Source: an uncultured Thermoflexus sp. (lineage in GTDB: Bacteria; Chloroflexota; UBA11872; UBA12225). From it: a stretch of 59,828 bases of DNA. The DNA lies in assembly GCA_964343985.1 (NCBI GenBank), contig CAYFLJ010000002.1:1-59828 (forward strand). Direction: 5' to 3'. The position numbers were made by a program, and so were the translations under genes. Each line of letters begins with the position of its first letter. The stretch's first letter is position 1. Positions 29,716 through 39,488 of this stretch are shown here, piece by piece. A model generated the notes under the pieces. That model made no database searches and was not told the DNA's origin. It saw only the letters and a program-made list of their open reading frames with translations.

Positions 29716-31158
29716 CTACGCGACCGCGTGCTCCACTTCTGCTTCGACGCCGTGATCCGCAAGGTCAAGCCCTTCGACCTCTTCCGCAATCGAAGCCCGA
29801 ACCGGCATGAATGCTTCCGCGATCTTTACGAACCCCCAACCTGAGATGTAGCTGACCAGCGTCACAATGACCACGCCGATGAATTGCAGCAAGAACCAAG
29901 TGATCGCACCGGAGCCACCTCCATAAAAGAGTCCGGCTTGCGAGATTCCCGAGACGGCAGGGTTCGCGAAGAGCGGGACAATCGCGGTCCCGACGATGCC
30001 GTTCACGCCGTGGACGGGGAAGCCGCCCACCGGATCGTCAATGTGGTAGAGATACTTGTCCATTGCCTTGATGGCGACCATGGTGACGACGCCTGCGAGC
30101 AGACCGAGTATCGTGGCGCCGATGGGATCAACGTAGCCAGCGTTCGGCGTGATCATGACGAGGCCGCCGAGGATGCCTGAAATCGCGGCAACCGGATCCC
30201 ATTTGCCGTCGACCCAACGGGCGATGGTAAGAGCGACCATGCCCGCAAGCGCTGCGGCGGTGTTTGTCGCAACCGCCGCCATCGCACTCTGACGTGAGAT
30301 GTCAAGGCTGCTTCCCGGATTAAACCCAAACCACCCGAGCCACAGAAGCCCGGTGCCGACGACTGCCAACGGCAGGCTGTATCCGTAGCGCTCGGACGCT
30401 TCTTTGGCGCCGTCAATGCCCGCCGGAAGATTGATAGGGCGCAACGTCCCGCTTGCACTCTCCGATTGCATCCGCAGCGTCATCGTGTGACGGCGCTTGA
30501 CCGACGCTCCGAGGGCAATGGTAATCCCGAGGCCGGCGACGCCAGCTTGAATGTGGACGACCGTTCCGCCAGCGAAGTCTTTCACACCCAGCCCGGGAAG
30601 CCATCCGGTGATGGTGCCGAGCGTTGCAAGGAAACCATTCGGGCTCCAAACCCAGTGCGCAATCATCGGCCAGACTAACACTGAAACGAAGATTGAGTAC
30701 ACGCACCACGCGCCGAACTTCATTCGTTCCGGGACGCCCGCGCCAACAAGCGCAAGGGTTACGGCAGCGAACATACATTGGAACAGCATGAAGACGGTCG
30801 TCGGTACGCCGTTCAGTGCATTGCCTTTGGCATCAAAGGCAACCGGCCACGCGGTGTCAAGGCCGGCGCCAAAGCCGAAGTCAGATGGCGACCCAAGGAA
30901 CCCGCCATAGGTCGTCGGGTTGAACGCAAGGGAGAACCCGAAGAGAACGAAAACGACGCTCATGATGCCGACCGCCGAGAGGCTCTTCATGAGGGCGTGC
31001 ACGACGTTCTTCCGCCGCGTGAGGCCGGCTTCGAGAAGACCAATGCTCGGCACCATGATGAACACGAGAAACGTCGCCAACAACATCCAAATGGTCGCTG
31101 GGATGTTGACGGCGATGCTCATTGCGCCGTCGAGGGCGTTTGCCAGAGTCGCGTCCAC
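29716..31158 (-). CDS. amt: ammonium transporter
   Basis: DFAGGTVVHIQAGVAG and a multi-TM Amt/MEP layout. The start is set at the GTG preceded by GGAGGAG. The 122-aa upstream ORF extension is Arg-rich. Confidence 0.88.
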   Translation of the reverse strand: MDATLANALDGAMSIAVNIPATIWMLLATFLVFIMVPSIGLLEAGLTRRKNVVHALMKSLSAVGIMSVVFVLFGFSLAFNPTTYGGFLGSPSDFGFGAGLDTAWPVAFDAKGNALNGVPTTVFMLFQCMFAAVTLALVGAGVPERMKFGAWCVYSIFVSVLVWPMIAHWVWSPNGFLATLGTITGWLPGLGVKDFAGGTVVHIQAGVAGLGITIALGASVKRRHTMTLRMQSESASGTLRPINLPAGIDGAKEASERYGYSLPLAVVGTGLLWLGWFGFNPGSSLDISRQSAMAAVATNTAAALAGMVALTIARWVDGKWDPVAAISGILGGLVMITPNAGYVDPIGATILGLLAGVVTMVAIKAMDKYLYHIDDPVGGFPVHGVNGIVGTAIVPLFANPAVSGISQAGLFYGGGSGAITWFLLQFIGVVIVTLVSYISGWGFVKIAEAFMPVRASIAEEVEGLDLADHGVEAEVEHAVA

Positions 31159-31573
31159 GAGTCTCCTCCGATCTCGGTGTGTGACTACCTGTGCGGTCCG
31201 CACAACGCCGCGAAACCTTCCGTGCCCATCGGGCCCGTTCGGGGCGTGATGACACGGTATTGCGAAAGGCGAGCACGACTCATCAGCGAAAAGTACGAGT
31301 CCCTGTCGGGCCGTTTGTGCAGTACGCACAGCAGGCTTTGGCCTCAGTGTCAAGCCGAATGGCGCCTTGCGTGACGGGGCGCGTTGCCGTGTCTCACGTG
31401 CGTCGCGCACGTCGCGTGGCGCACAGCCCTCCCGCGAGCGCTGCCTCTGGGAGGGGTTTGACCTGTGCCAACGCGTTGCTTGTGCCGATAGGTCGAGTTG
31501 GTTTTCAGTGTCTCGGCGACTCACCGTCTAGCGCGCGGCGTTAGGCTGACACGAAGCGGAAGGGGAGTACTAC

Positions 31574-33235
31574 GTGAAGGCACTTGACTACGTCGTCCAC
31601 GCGATGCAGCGCGAGGGGGTCGAATATCTGTTCGGCTACCCAATGCACGCGCTGATTGAGGCGGCAGCCATCGGCGGCATACGCCCAATCATCGCGCGGA
31701 CCGAGAAAACGCTCGTGAACATGGCTGACGGCTACGCGATGGCATCGAACGGGGCGCGTCCGGCGGTCGTCTGCGTTCAGGGAGGACCAGGAATCGAAAA
31801 CGCGTTTGGCGGTGTCGCGCAAGCTTTCGCGGACGGCACGCCGATGCTTGTCCTGCCGGGCGGTGGCGAGGCCCGCGCGCATGGCCTTGGCGGCGAGTTC
31901 GATCCGCTGCCCGCGTTCGGTCACGTCACCAAGTGGGCAGCGAGAGTGCCGTCGGCAGATCGTCTGCCAGCGATGTTGCGACACGCGTTTGCCCAGATGA
32001 GGAATGGGCGGCCAGGTCCGGTCTTGCTTGAACTGCCCCGCGACGTGATGGGCACGGATCTCCAGACGACTCCGGAACATGTACCGTCCGCCCGAATGCG
32101 AAGCGGTGGTGATCCCGCCGACATCGATACCGTCGCGCGGGCCGTCATTGGGGCTCCGCGTCTCGTGATTCACGTCGGTCAAGGTGTGCTCTGGGCGGAC
32201 GCCACGAGTTCCCTAGTCGAACTCGCTGAACTCTTGGATGCTCCCGTTGTCACCACGCTTTCTGGGAAGGGCGCTTTCCCAGAGAACCATCGTCTCGCGG
32301 CTGGGGCCGGCGGACTTTCGATCACCCACGCAGCGGCGTACGCGCTTCGTGAGAGCGACGTCATCCTCGGGATTGGATGCAGTTTCACACAAGGTTCGTT
32401 CTCGCCACCGATTCCGTCGGGCAAGGTGATCATCCACGCGACGAATGAACCGCGCGATCTAGATAAGCATGTGCAGGCCACGCACGCGATCGTCGGCGAC
32501 GCGCGACTTGTAATCGACCAACTCGTCGTCGCGATCCGGCAACTGAGGGCATTGGGAATGCCTCTCACTGATCGCCAACCGTTCCTAGCCGGCGTCGCGC
32601 ACGCGAAGCAGGCGCAGCGCGATGCTCGGCACGCGCAACAGACGGCGACGACGACGCCGATCAACCCGTACCGGGTCATTGACGAGGTGATGCGCGCCAT
32701 CGATCCATCGACAGCGATGGTGACGCACGACTCTGGCAATCCTCGGGACCAAGTGTTGCCTAATTACGTCACGACGCGGCCCCGTGGCTACCTAGGATGG
32801 GGGAAATCGACCCAACTCGGAACCGGTCTTGGCATCGCGATGGGTGCGAAGTTGGCGCATCCGGACAAGATTTCGCTGAACTTCATGGGAGACCTTGCGT
32901 TTGGCACGGCCGGTCTTGAGTTGGAGACCGCGGTTCGTGAACGAATCGGGACGATCACCGTGCTTCTCAACAACTCCGTCATGGGAGGCTACACGGCATA
33001 TATGCCCGTCGCTTCGGAGCGATACGGGAGCAACCGCCTAAGTGGAGACTACGTGGCGGTGGCGCGCGGTCTTGGCGTTCACGCTGAGCGAGTGGAGCGG
33101 CCAGACGATCTCGCCGCGGCAATATCCAGAGCGGTTGCCGCTTCGCGGGGCGGACGGCCCGCGCTCATTGAAGCGATCACCAAAGAGGAGCCGGTCTTTC
33201 TCCGCGCACGGGATGCGGTGCTTGGCACGCACTAA
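31574..33235 (+). CDS. thiamine-diphosphate-dependent enzyme (acetolactate synthase/sulfoacetaldehyde acetyltransferase-like)
   Basis: GGPGIENAFGGVAQAFADGTPMLVL and the ThDP motif GDLAFG...NN. GGAAGGGGAG lies upstream of the GTG start. Confidence 0.85.
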   Translation: MKALDYVVHAMQREGVEYLFGYPMHALIEAAAIGGIRPIIARTEKTLVNMADGYAMASNGARPAVVCVQGGPGIENAFGGVAQAFADGTPMLVLPGGGEARAHGLGGEFDPLPAFGHVTKWAARVPSADRLPAMLRHAFAQMRNGRPGPVLLELPRDVMGTDLQTTPEHVPSARMRSGGDPADIDTVARAVIGAPRLVIHVGQGVLWADATSSLVELAELLDAPVVTTLSGKGAFPENHRLAAGAGGLSITHAAAYALRESDVILGIGCSFTQGSFSPPIPSGKVIIHATNEPRDLDKHVQATHAIVGDARLVIDQLVVAIRQLRALGMPLTDRQPFLAGVAHAKQAQRDARHAQQTATTTPINPYRVIDEVMRAIDPSTAMVTHDSGNPRDQVLPNYVTTRPRGYLGWGKSTQLGTGLGIAMGAKLAHPDKISLNFMGDLAFGTAGLELETAVRERIGTITVLLNNSVMGGYTAYMPVASERYGSNRLSGDYVAVARGLGVHAERVERPDDLAAAISRAVAASRGGRPALIEAITKEEPVFLRARDAVLGTH

Positions 33236-33341
33236 GTGAGCGGGCACCGTGATTAACCCGTGGCGGTCGTCGGCACTCCCAAGTGGCAAGGGTCGATTAC
33301 CGAAGGGTTTTCAGTCCGACGGATCACGGGGCCTCTGATCT

Positions 33342-34571
33342 TCAGTGCTTGGCTTCGGCAAGTAGGCGTCGACCCACCTCATTGCTCACGAGGAGGCCGG
33401 CGTCTGTGAGACACGCGCGCAGATCGTCGAGTTGCAGTAGTCCGTGTCTGGCCGCCTCGGTCAGCGTCTTTGGCCAACGCTCTCTCGGATCAACGCCGAA
33501 CCGGCGGCGAAAGCGGTCGAATTCAATACCCTCGTCGCGAATCCGCAACGCAAGCATCGCGGTTTCGTCGACGACGCGATCCGGCGCAAGTACTTCGTGC
33601 CCGAGTTCTGGAGACGTGTTCCTACGATGGCGGTCAAGGTAGGTAAGAAGGTTTGGCACATTCCAAGAGCGACGGCCGTTTACGTACTGATGTGCCGCAG
33701 GACCGACCCCGACGTACGCTTCGTTCCGCCAGTACGTCCGATTGTGGCGTGACGCGTAACCAGGCCTCGCCCAATTGGAAACCTCATCGTGCAGATAGCC
33801 CGCACTTGCAAGGACGGGCACGGCTGCCTCGTACATGTCCGCCACAAGGTCGTCGTCAGGAACTGCATGCTCGTCGGATGCATCCGGCTGAGACACCTGG
33901 CGGGCGAGTGGGGTCCCCGGTTCAATCGCAAGTGCGTACAGACTCACGTGATCTGGCGACAGGTCGAGAACCCGGCGAAGTTGATCGAGCCACGCGCCGA
34001 GGCGTTGTCCCGGTAGACCGTAGATAAGGTCAAGCGAGAGCGATTCAACGCCGGCATCTCGCGTAATGGCGGTCGCGCCTATCGCTTCGGCGGCGTCGTG
34101 GGTGCGCCCCAGTCGTCGTAAGGTGGGGTCGTCGAGGGTTTGCACACCCAAGCTCACTCGGGTGACGCCCGCGTGGAGCCAAGCCTCAACGTCCGAAGCG
34201 TCGAACGTTCCCGGATTCGCCTCGATCGTCACCTCGCGACCGCTGCCAAGCCCACCACGTTCAGACCGAAGCGCGTCGAGGATTCGGTGAACGCCGACGG
34301 CCGGCAATAGGGACGGAGTGCCCCCGCCAAGATACGCAGTTTCGAGCGGCGTGAGTCGGTCCGCGTCTCGTCGTGCGGATGCGCGGATTTCCCCAATAAC
34401 CGCGTCGAGAAATTCGGGGATGCGGTCCCGATGACGCGTCGTGATTGCGAATGCGCAGTAGGAACAAGCACGTAGGCAGAATGGCACGTGCACGTACGCC
34501 GCGCGAGGGGCGTCCCAACGTGGAAGTTCGACCGCCACGTCGAACGGCGCCGGACGTTCGGTCGCACCCAT
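33342..34571 (-). CDS. hemW: radical SAM heme chaperone HemW (HemN-like, oxygen-independent coproporphyrinogen oxidase family)
   Basis: YVHVPFCLRACSYCAF contains the CxxxCxxC motif. The C-terminal domain is HemN-like. Confidence 0.88.
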   Translation of the reverse strand: MGATERPAPFDVAVELPRWDAPRAAYVHVPFCLRACSYCAFAITTRHRDRIPEFLDAVIGEIRASARRDADRLTPLETAYLGGGTPSLLPAVGVHRILDALRSERGGLGSGREVTIEANPGTFDASDVEAWLHAGVTRVSLGVQTLDDPTLRRLGRTHDAAEAIGATAITRDAGVESLSLDLIYGLPGQRLGAWLDQLRRVLDLSPDHVSLYALAIEPGTPLARQVSQPDASDEHAVPDDDLVADMYEAAVPVLASAGYLHDEVSNWARPGYASRHNRTYWRNEAYVGVGPAAHQYVNGRRSWNVPNLLTYLDRHRRNTSPELGHEVLAPDRVVDETAMLALRIRDEGIEFDRFRRRFGVDPRERWPKTLTEAARHGLLQLDDLRACLTDAGLLVSNEVGRRLLAEAKH

Positions 34572-34705
34572 CTTGAAGAGAGTATCGGCGAAGGCATCTT
34601 GCCATCACCAAGTTGTCCAACCTCGAGGTGGATACGAGGTGGCGCCACCACGTCGAAAGCGGGCGAGACAACTGCCATCGCCGGCACCTTCGGTACCGTT
34701 TGTTT

Positions 34706-35548
34706 GTGCCTGACCGCGAAATCCACGATCGCCACGCTCACGTCCACGATCCAGAAGTGATCCGCTCACGCGACCAATTCGCCGACAGTGACGCGTGGTT
34801 TGCGGTTCAGAATCCGCCCGGCACCCGACGGTTGTCATCGCCGAGACGGCTGTTGCGCGCGATGGAGGTGGCCGGCGTGTCGCGTGCGGACGCACTGAGT
34901 TTCGGCTGGCGTGATCACGCGCAGTGTGTTGCGCGCAACGACGCGGTGATCGAGATGCGACGTGCACTCGCCGCAGCCGACTCTTCACGCCTTCGGTGGT
35001 TTGGGGCGGTGAACCCCGCGGCGGGGCGCCTTGCTGCCGAGGAGGTTGCGCGTCTGGCCGCGCACGGGTTCTGCGGGGTAGGCGAACTCTTTCCCGACGG
35101 CCAAGGGTTCGATGTGACGGACCGGGCGACGATGGCACCATTTCTAGAAGTCTGTGATGCCCACAACTTCGTGGTGCTGATCCATGCGAGCGACCCAGAC
35201 GGGCCGGCCTACGCTGGTCGCGACACCACCGTACCGGCAAAGGTCTCGGCCTTTCTCGAGATTGTGGGAGAAGTCGCGCCGGAGCTCCGCCTAGTGATGG
35301 CACACCTTGGTGGCGGCCTGCCGTTCTACGCCGATGATGTTGAGGTGCGGCGGAGCATTGAGCGCACACATGTGATTTTTGATACAGCAGCCTGTGCTTA
35401 CCTCTACCCGCCGACGCGCCTTCGGGAGGCCCATGTGCGGTGCCCCGGGCGAATTGTGTTCGGTTCGGACCATCCAATTTCCGCCCTTTCCAAGTCGCTG
35501 CGCTGGGTTCGAGACGCGCACATCGACCCACACGACTTACGGGCATAG
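34706..35548 (+). CDS. amidohydrolase-family (PF04909-like TIM-barrel metal hydrolase) protein; start uncertain
   Basis: IHDRHAHVHD is an HxH-type N-terminal metal motif, with LIHASDP, VMAHLGGG and GSDHPI further along. A GTG at 34706 precedes the HxH motif, but no clear SD is present. Confidence 0.6.
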   Translation: MPDREIHDRHAHVHDPEVIRSRDQFADSDAWFAVQNPPGTRRLSSPRRLLRAMEVAGVSRADALSFGWRDHAQCVARNDAVIEMRRALAAADSSRLRWFGAVNPAAGRLAAEEVARLAAHGFCGVGELFPDGQGFDVTDRATMAPFLEVCDAHNFVVLIHASDPDGPAYAGRDTTVPAKVSAFLEIVGEVAPELRLVMAHLGGGLPFYADDVEVRRSIERTHVIFDTAACAYLYPPTRLREAHVRCPGRIVFGSDHPISALSKSLRWVRDAHIDPHDLRA

Positions 35549-35579
35549 CCCTGCTCTCACTCGCTTGGACCAGCAGGGC
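35548..35579 (+). other. perfect 8-bp stem-loop abutting the amidohydrolase stop codon
   Basis: GCCCTGCT-(16 nt)-AGCAGGGC, with no U-tract. Confidence 0.3.
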
Positions 35580-35679
35580 AGTCATTGCGGAACCGGCCGT
35601 ACTCCAACCATTCTCGTGGGGAACAAGAACGAGGGTGACCTGTCTCGACGGTACGATGCACCACGGACAGCGGGTAGGA

Positions 35680-36342
35680 ATGAACAATCACGGTACGCGC
35701 CCACGCATTCTCATCGGCACTACCAACGCCCACAAGATCACCGAACTTGGGGAGTTGTTGAACGGTCTCGGCTGCGAGCTTGCGCTCCCGCGTGACGTGG
35801 GATTGGTTGGGTTGGATGTCGACGAGACCGGTGAGACGCTGATGGCCAACGCGATTCTGAAAGCGATGGCGTTCGCATCCCGCGCGGGGCTGCCTGCGAT
35901 TGCCGACGACAGCGGACTCGAGGTCGACGCACTTGGCGGCGAACCGGGCGTTCGCAGTCGCCGGTACGCGGGTGAAGACGCGTCGGACGCGGACAGGATT
36001 GCGCTAGTGCTACGGCGGCTTGATGGCGTTCCGGAAGCCAATCGGTCGGCGCGCTTTCGCTCGGTGATTGCGTTTGCAGTCCCGGATCGCTTGATTGGGA
36101 CGGGCACTGGAACGGTCGAGGGCGCAATCGCAGGTGCTCCCCACGGCACGCACGGGTTTGGCTACGACCCAATCTTTCTGGTGGATCGGCGACGTCCAAC
36201 GATGGCCGAACTGTCGCCGGCCGCGAAGAACGAGATCAGCCACCGGGCACGCGCCGTGGCCTCGGTTCGTCCAGTGATCCAAGCGTGGCTTGAGCTGTGT
36301 CAGGATGGTGGAGAGCCGCTCGCTTCGCCGACGCGCCGGTGA
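35680..36342 (+). CDS. rdgB: RdgB/HAM1-family non-canonical purine NTP pyrophosphatase
   Basis: ILIGTTNAHKITE, ADDSGLEVDALGGEPGV, FGYDPIF and SHR motifs. An alternative ATG lies at 35656. Confidence 0.88.
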   Translation: MNNHGTRPRILIGTTNAHKITELGELLNGLGCELALPRDVGLVGLDVDETGETLMANAILKAMAFASRAGLPAIADDSGLEVDALGGEPGVRSRRYAGEDASDADRIALVLRRLDGVPEANRSARFRSVIAFAVPDRLIGTGTGTVEGAIAGAPHGTHGFGYDPIFLVDRRRPTMAELSPAAKNEISHRARAVASVRPVIQAWLELCQDGGEPLASPTRR

Positions 36343-38969
36343 CGCGTCGCTTTGGTCCTCGGGCCTCGTCCTTCCAACTCGATCAGTTAGACGACGCGTG
36401 GCGAATGGCGTCGGTCGTGGTGGGCAGCAAATCTCCGACCGACCGCATCGGGTTGCGTGGGGCACTCGGACTCGACCTCTCCACAAATGCGCCCCGCGAC
36501 GCCGTGTCGCGCCAGCGTGAGGCGGAGACTATCGAAGCGGCGTGTCGGGCACGTCTTTCGCGACTCGACGGCGCACTCTTGGAACGGCTTCAGCGGATCC
36601 TTGCCAACGGTGCGACGCGGATTGGTCGAATCGTTGACGATGCCGTCGCCGAACGTGCGAGGCGCGGGCTTGGAGGTGCGGGTTCCGACAGCGCGGCCCC
36701 GACCGTTCGTTCTCCGGCCGTCGATGGGTGGGATGTGGGACCCATTGACCAGACGACTGGGCTTCAAGAGGCCAGAGAGCGGACGCCCGTCGATGAACGT
36801 GCGGTCATTCAAGCACTCGGACCGGGCGGCGTCCTTGGCGAAGCGCTCGACGGCTTTTCGGTGCGACCTGGACAAGTCAAGATGGCCCGCGCCGTCACGC
36901 GTGCCGTGAATACCGGTCTGCGCATTCTCGTCGAGGCGGGTACGGGCACTGGCAAGAGTCTGGCCTATCTCATCCCGGCCGCGATGCACGCGATACAGAA
37001 TGGGCGGCGCGTGGTCATCTCGACGCACACCATCGCGTTGCAAGACCAGCTTGTGAACAAGGATGTCCCGGTCTTGCGTCGGGCGCTGTCACTCTCTAAC
37101 GACGGGCCCTCCGGCCCGTGGGATCTCCGAGTCGCCGTCCTGAAAGGGCGCGCAAACTATCTCTGCCTGCGTCGGTGGCGCAGATTTCTGGTGACGAACC
37201 TCGTCGGCGAGACCGAGCGGGTCTTCGCGGCCCGTATCGCCATCTGGCTCACGTTAACGGTCACTGGTGATCGGAACGAACTTGCGCTCGACGATACCGA
37301 GACCGCCATCTGGAACACCCACTTGGCGGCGGACGTCCTGCACTGCACCGGTCGGCTCTGTCCAGAAAATCGATCGGGACGATGTTGGATATCTCGCGCC
37401 CGAAGGCGCGCCGCCGCTGCCCACCTGGTGATCGTGAACCATGCGCTGCTGCTGACAGACCTCGCAACCGCCTCGACCGGTGAACGCGGTGTTCTTCCGG
37501 ACTATGCTGAAGCGATTATCGACGAGGCTCATCACCTTGAGGCCGTGGCGACCGATCATCTCGGGACGGAAATCGCCACGAAGGACCTTGTCACCGCGTT
37601 AGGGGCACTAAGTACTCCGATGGGCGGAGCACGTTTTGGCGGGACCATCTCCCGAATAGCGGCGACGTACGTCGAAGTCGGCGGGCAGTTCGCTCGTGAC
37701 ACGGTAGGCGACTTCACCGCTGAGATACACGCAACCGTCGCCGCAGCTCGAGATTTAGTCGGGCCGTTCCGGGATGCGCTCGGCTCGGTGGCGTCTGGGG
37801 ATTCGAGGCTTCGGCCGGGCGGATCGGTCGGCGACGACGTCGGCGCGCGCGAGGTGCGATTGGTTCCAGAGGTACGAAACGACCCGACGTGGATGGTGGT
37901 TTGCGAAGCGTGGGAGAACCTTGCAGTTGCGCTGAAAGGCGTATCGGACTCGATAGGTCGCTTCAAAGAGGCCTTCGACCCGCATCTCGGTGTGTCCGAG
38001 ACCGTGGATGACGCGGTTATCGAACTGACCGAGGCGATTGCGCTGCTTGACGAGACACGGTCTGTGACGGCGAAGATCGTGCTCGAAGCGAGTGAAGACG
38101 AAGTCGCGTGGGTTAGCCTCGACCGTGCCCCCGCGGGCGCTCAAAGCGTTCCCCGGGAGGTGCGGCTTCACGCGGCGCCGCTACGCGTTGATCGGGAGCT
38201 GCGCGCCTTGCTCTTCGAAGGCCTTGAAGCGGTGGTGTTGACGTCAGCGACACTTCGAGTTGACGGAACATTTCAGAACGCACGGACTCGACTGGGCCTG
38301 GAATCGAACGTGCATGTGCTTGCGGTCGAGTCGCCGTTCGATTACGAGAATCAGGCGCTTCTGGTTGTGCCTCGTGACCTGCCTGACCCGAGTTCGCCCG
38401 CGTCCGCGTCGGTCGTGAACGAGATCTTGGCGGGAATCGGCGAGGCGATGGGTGGCCGCACGCTCGTTCTGTTTACCTCGCACGCTGGCCTTCGAGGGGC
38501 GCACGCCGCGCTCTGCGACGCACTGCCGAACCTTGTTGTTCTTGGGCAAGGCATCGATGGACCGCGCAACGTCTTGCTTGAGCGATTTCGGGAGACGCCG
38601 AACGCAATTCTTCTCGGAACTTCGAGCTTTTGGGAGGGCATCGACGTCACCGGCGAAGCATTGTCTTGTCTGGTCATCGTGAAAATCCCGTTCACGGTTC
38701 CTTCGGATCCGGTGTTTGCGGCGCGGAGCGAACTCCTTGCGGATCCGTTTGACGAGCTTGCGATTCCGCAGGCCGTGGTCAGGATGCGACAAGGCTTCGG
38801 CCGCCTCATTCGGACGACGACTGATCGTGGCGTTGTAGTCGTACTGGACTCGAGGTTGATTAATCGCCGGTATGGCCAGGTGTTTTTTGACTCGCTACCA
38901 CCGGCGACTCGACGCGTATGCGGCGCACGGGAGATCGTGCCGATTGTGGAGGCGTGGTGGGGTCGGTGA
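36339..38969 (+). CDS. dinG: ATP-dependent DNA helicase, DinG/XPD (Rad3) family with Fe-S cluster cysteines
   Basis: Walker A EAGTGTGKSLAY, DEAH box IIDEAHHLE, and Cys pattern YLCLRRW...HCTGRLCPENRSGRCW. A GTG at 36339 gives a GTGA overlap with the rdgB stop; the ORF opens at 36297. Confidence 0.85.
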   Translation: MTRRFGPRASSFQLDQLDDAWRMASVVVGSKSPTDRIGLRGALGLDLSTNAPRDAVSRQREAETIEAACRARLSRLDGALLERLQRILANGATRIGRIVDDAVAERARRGLGGAGSDSAAPTVRSPAVDGWDVGPIDQTTGLQEARERTPVDERAVIQALGPGGVLGEALDGFSVRPGQVKMARAVTRAVNTGLRILVEAGTGTGKSLAYLIPAAMHAIQNGRRVVISTHTIALQDQLVNKDVPVLRRALSLSNDGPSGPWDLRVAVLKGRANYLCLRRWRRFLVTNLVGETERVFAARIAIWLTLTVTGDRNELALDDTETAIWNTHLAADVLHCTGRLCPENRSGRCWISRARRRAAAAHLVIVNHALLLTDLATASTGERGVLPDYAEAIIDEAHHLEAVATDHLGTEIATKDLVTALGALSTPMGGARFGGTISRIAATYVEVGGQFARDTVGDFTAEIHATVAAARDLVGPFRDALGSVASGDSRLRPGGSVGDDVGAREVRLVPEVRNDPTWMVVCEAWENLAVALKGVSDSIGRFKEAFDPHLGVSETVDDAVIELTEAIALLDETRSVTAKIVLEASEDEVAWVSLDRAPAGAQSVPREVRLHAAPLRVDRELRALLFEGLEAVVLTSATLRVDGTFQNARTRLGLESNVHVLAVESPFDYENQALLVVPRDLPDPSSPASASVVNEILAGIGEAMGGRTLVLFTSHAGLRGAHAALCDALPNLVVLGQGIDGPRNVLLERFRETPNAILLGTSSFWEGIDVTGEALSCLVIVKIPFTVPSDPVFAARSELLADPFDELAIPQAVVRMRQGFGRLIRTTTDRGVVVVLDSRLINRRYGQVFFDSLPPATRRVCGAREIVPIVEAWWGR

Positions 38970-39320
38970 TGCGAGAGTCGCGTGGGAGGCCTCTCCCCCA
39001 ATCCATCCGTCTTGCCTGCGTGCGTTCACACTTGGATCGCCTCATTGCTCGGACGGTGTGTCGATACCAACGTGGAGCGGGCCACAATCGTGGAACATGA
39101 GAGGCGGATACGCCACCGGCGAGTTTGCGAACTGCACAAGACGCATACGGCACTTCTGCACGAATTGGGCGCGGTGGGTGGTGACGACCGGGCTCACTCG
39201 GGGCAACGCACATTAAGAAACGCACGTTAGATAGTTCAGAGGCAAGTAGCAGGGGACGCCCGCGGACAACACCGTCCTCATCCCCTCGTCGGTTGCATCG
39301 GGAGGGGCCACGGCGTCTGC

Positions 39321-39326
39321 TATAGT
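39321..39326 (+). promoter_or_regulatory. -10-like hexamer TATAGT exactly 7 nt upstream of the leader-peptide ATG (leaderless-type geometry)
   Basis: TATAGT-gcgcggc-ATG. No good -35 is seen at 17 nt; TTGCAT lies 22 nt upstream. Confidence 0.4.
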
Positions 39327-39333
39327 GCGCGGC

Positions 39334-39423
39334 ATGCAGAGGTCGCTGGTCGCAGCACATCGCTGGGGCATCGTCACGTTTGGTGGCGACAGCTTCTTTT
39401 ATGCATTTCGAAACCCGGTGTGA
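39334..39423 (+). CDS. aromatic-rich leader peptide (29 aa, MQRSLVAAHRWGIVTFGGDSFFYAFRNPV) of the shikimate operon
   Basis: Hand-translated ORF, too short for the ORF track. 6 of 29 codons are Trp/Phe/Tyr, including an FFYAF run. It is followed by an intrinsic terminator and then the DAHP synthase gene. Confidence 0.6.
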   Translation: MQRSLVAAHRWGIVTFGGDSFFYAFRNPV

Positions 39424-39458
39424 GGCACCGGCCGACCACGGCCGTGCGCGCACCGGGC

Positions 39459-39488
39459 AAAGCAGGGGTTACCCCTGCTTTTTTTGTT
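39459..39488 (+). terminator. intrinsic terminator (attenuator) between the leader ORF and DAHP synthase
   Basis: AAAGCAGGGG-TTA-CCCCTGCTTT forms a perfect stem running into a T7 tract. It lies 120 nt upstream of the DAHP synthase ATG. Confidence 0.8.

Noticed and set aside
34605-35687. 360-aa ORF on the minus strand
   Set aside because: It is Arg/Pro/Ser-rich with low complexity. It lies antisense to the amidohydrolase gene and the rdgB start, which do have recognisable motifs. This is a typical high-GC shadow ORF.
39160-39200. T-box-like core (GGGTGGTGAC..) upstream of the aro leader ORF, which would make a tandem T-box plus leader-peptide arrangement
   Set aside because: Only a partial match to the GGGUGGUACCGCG core is present. 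I found no convincing AG-box/distal-loop Stem I, no F-box and no terminator or SD-sequestering helix after it. It is kept only as part of the unexplained-spacer finding.
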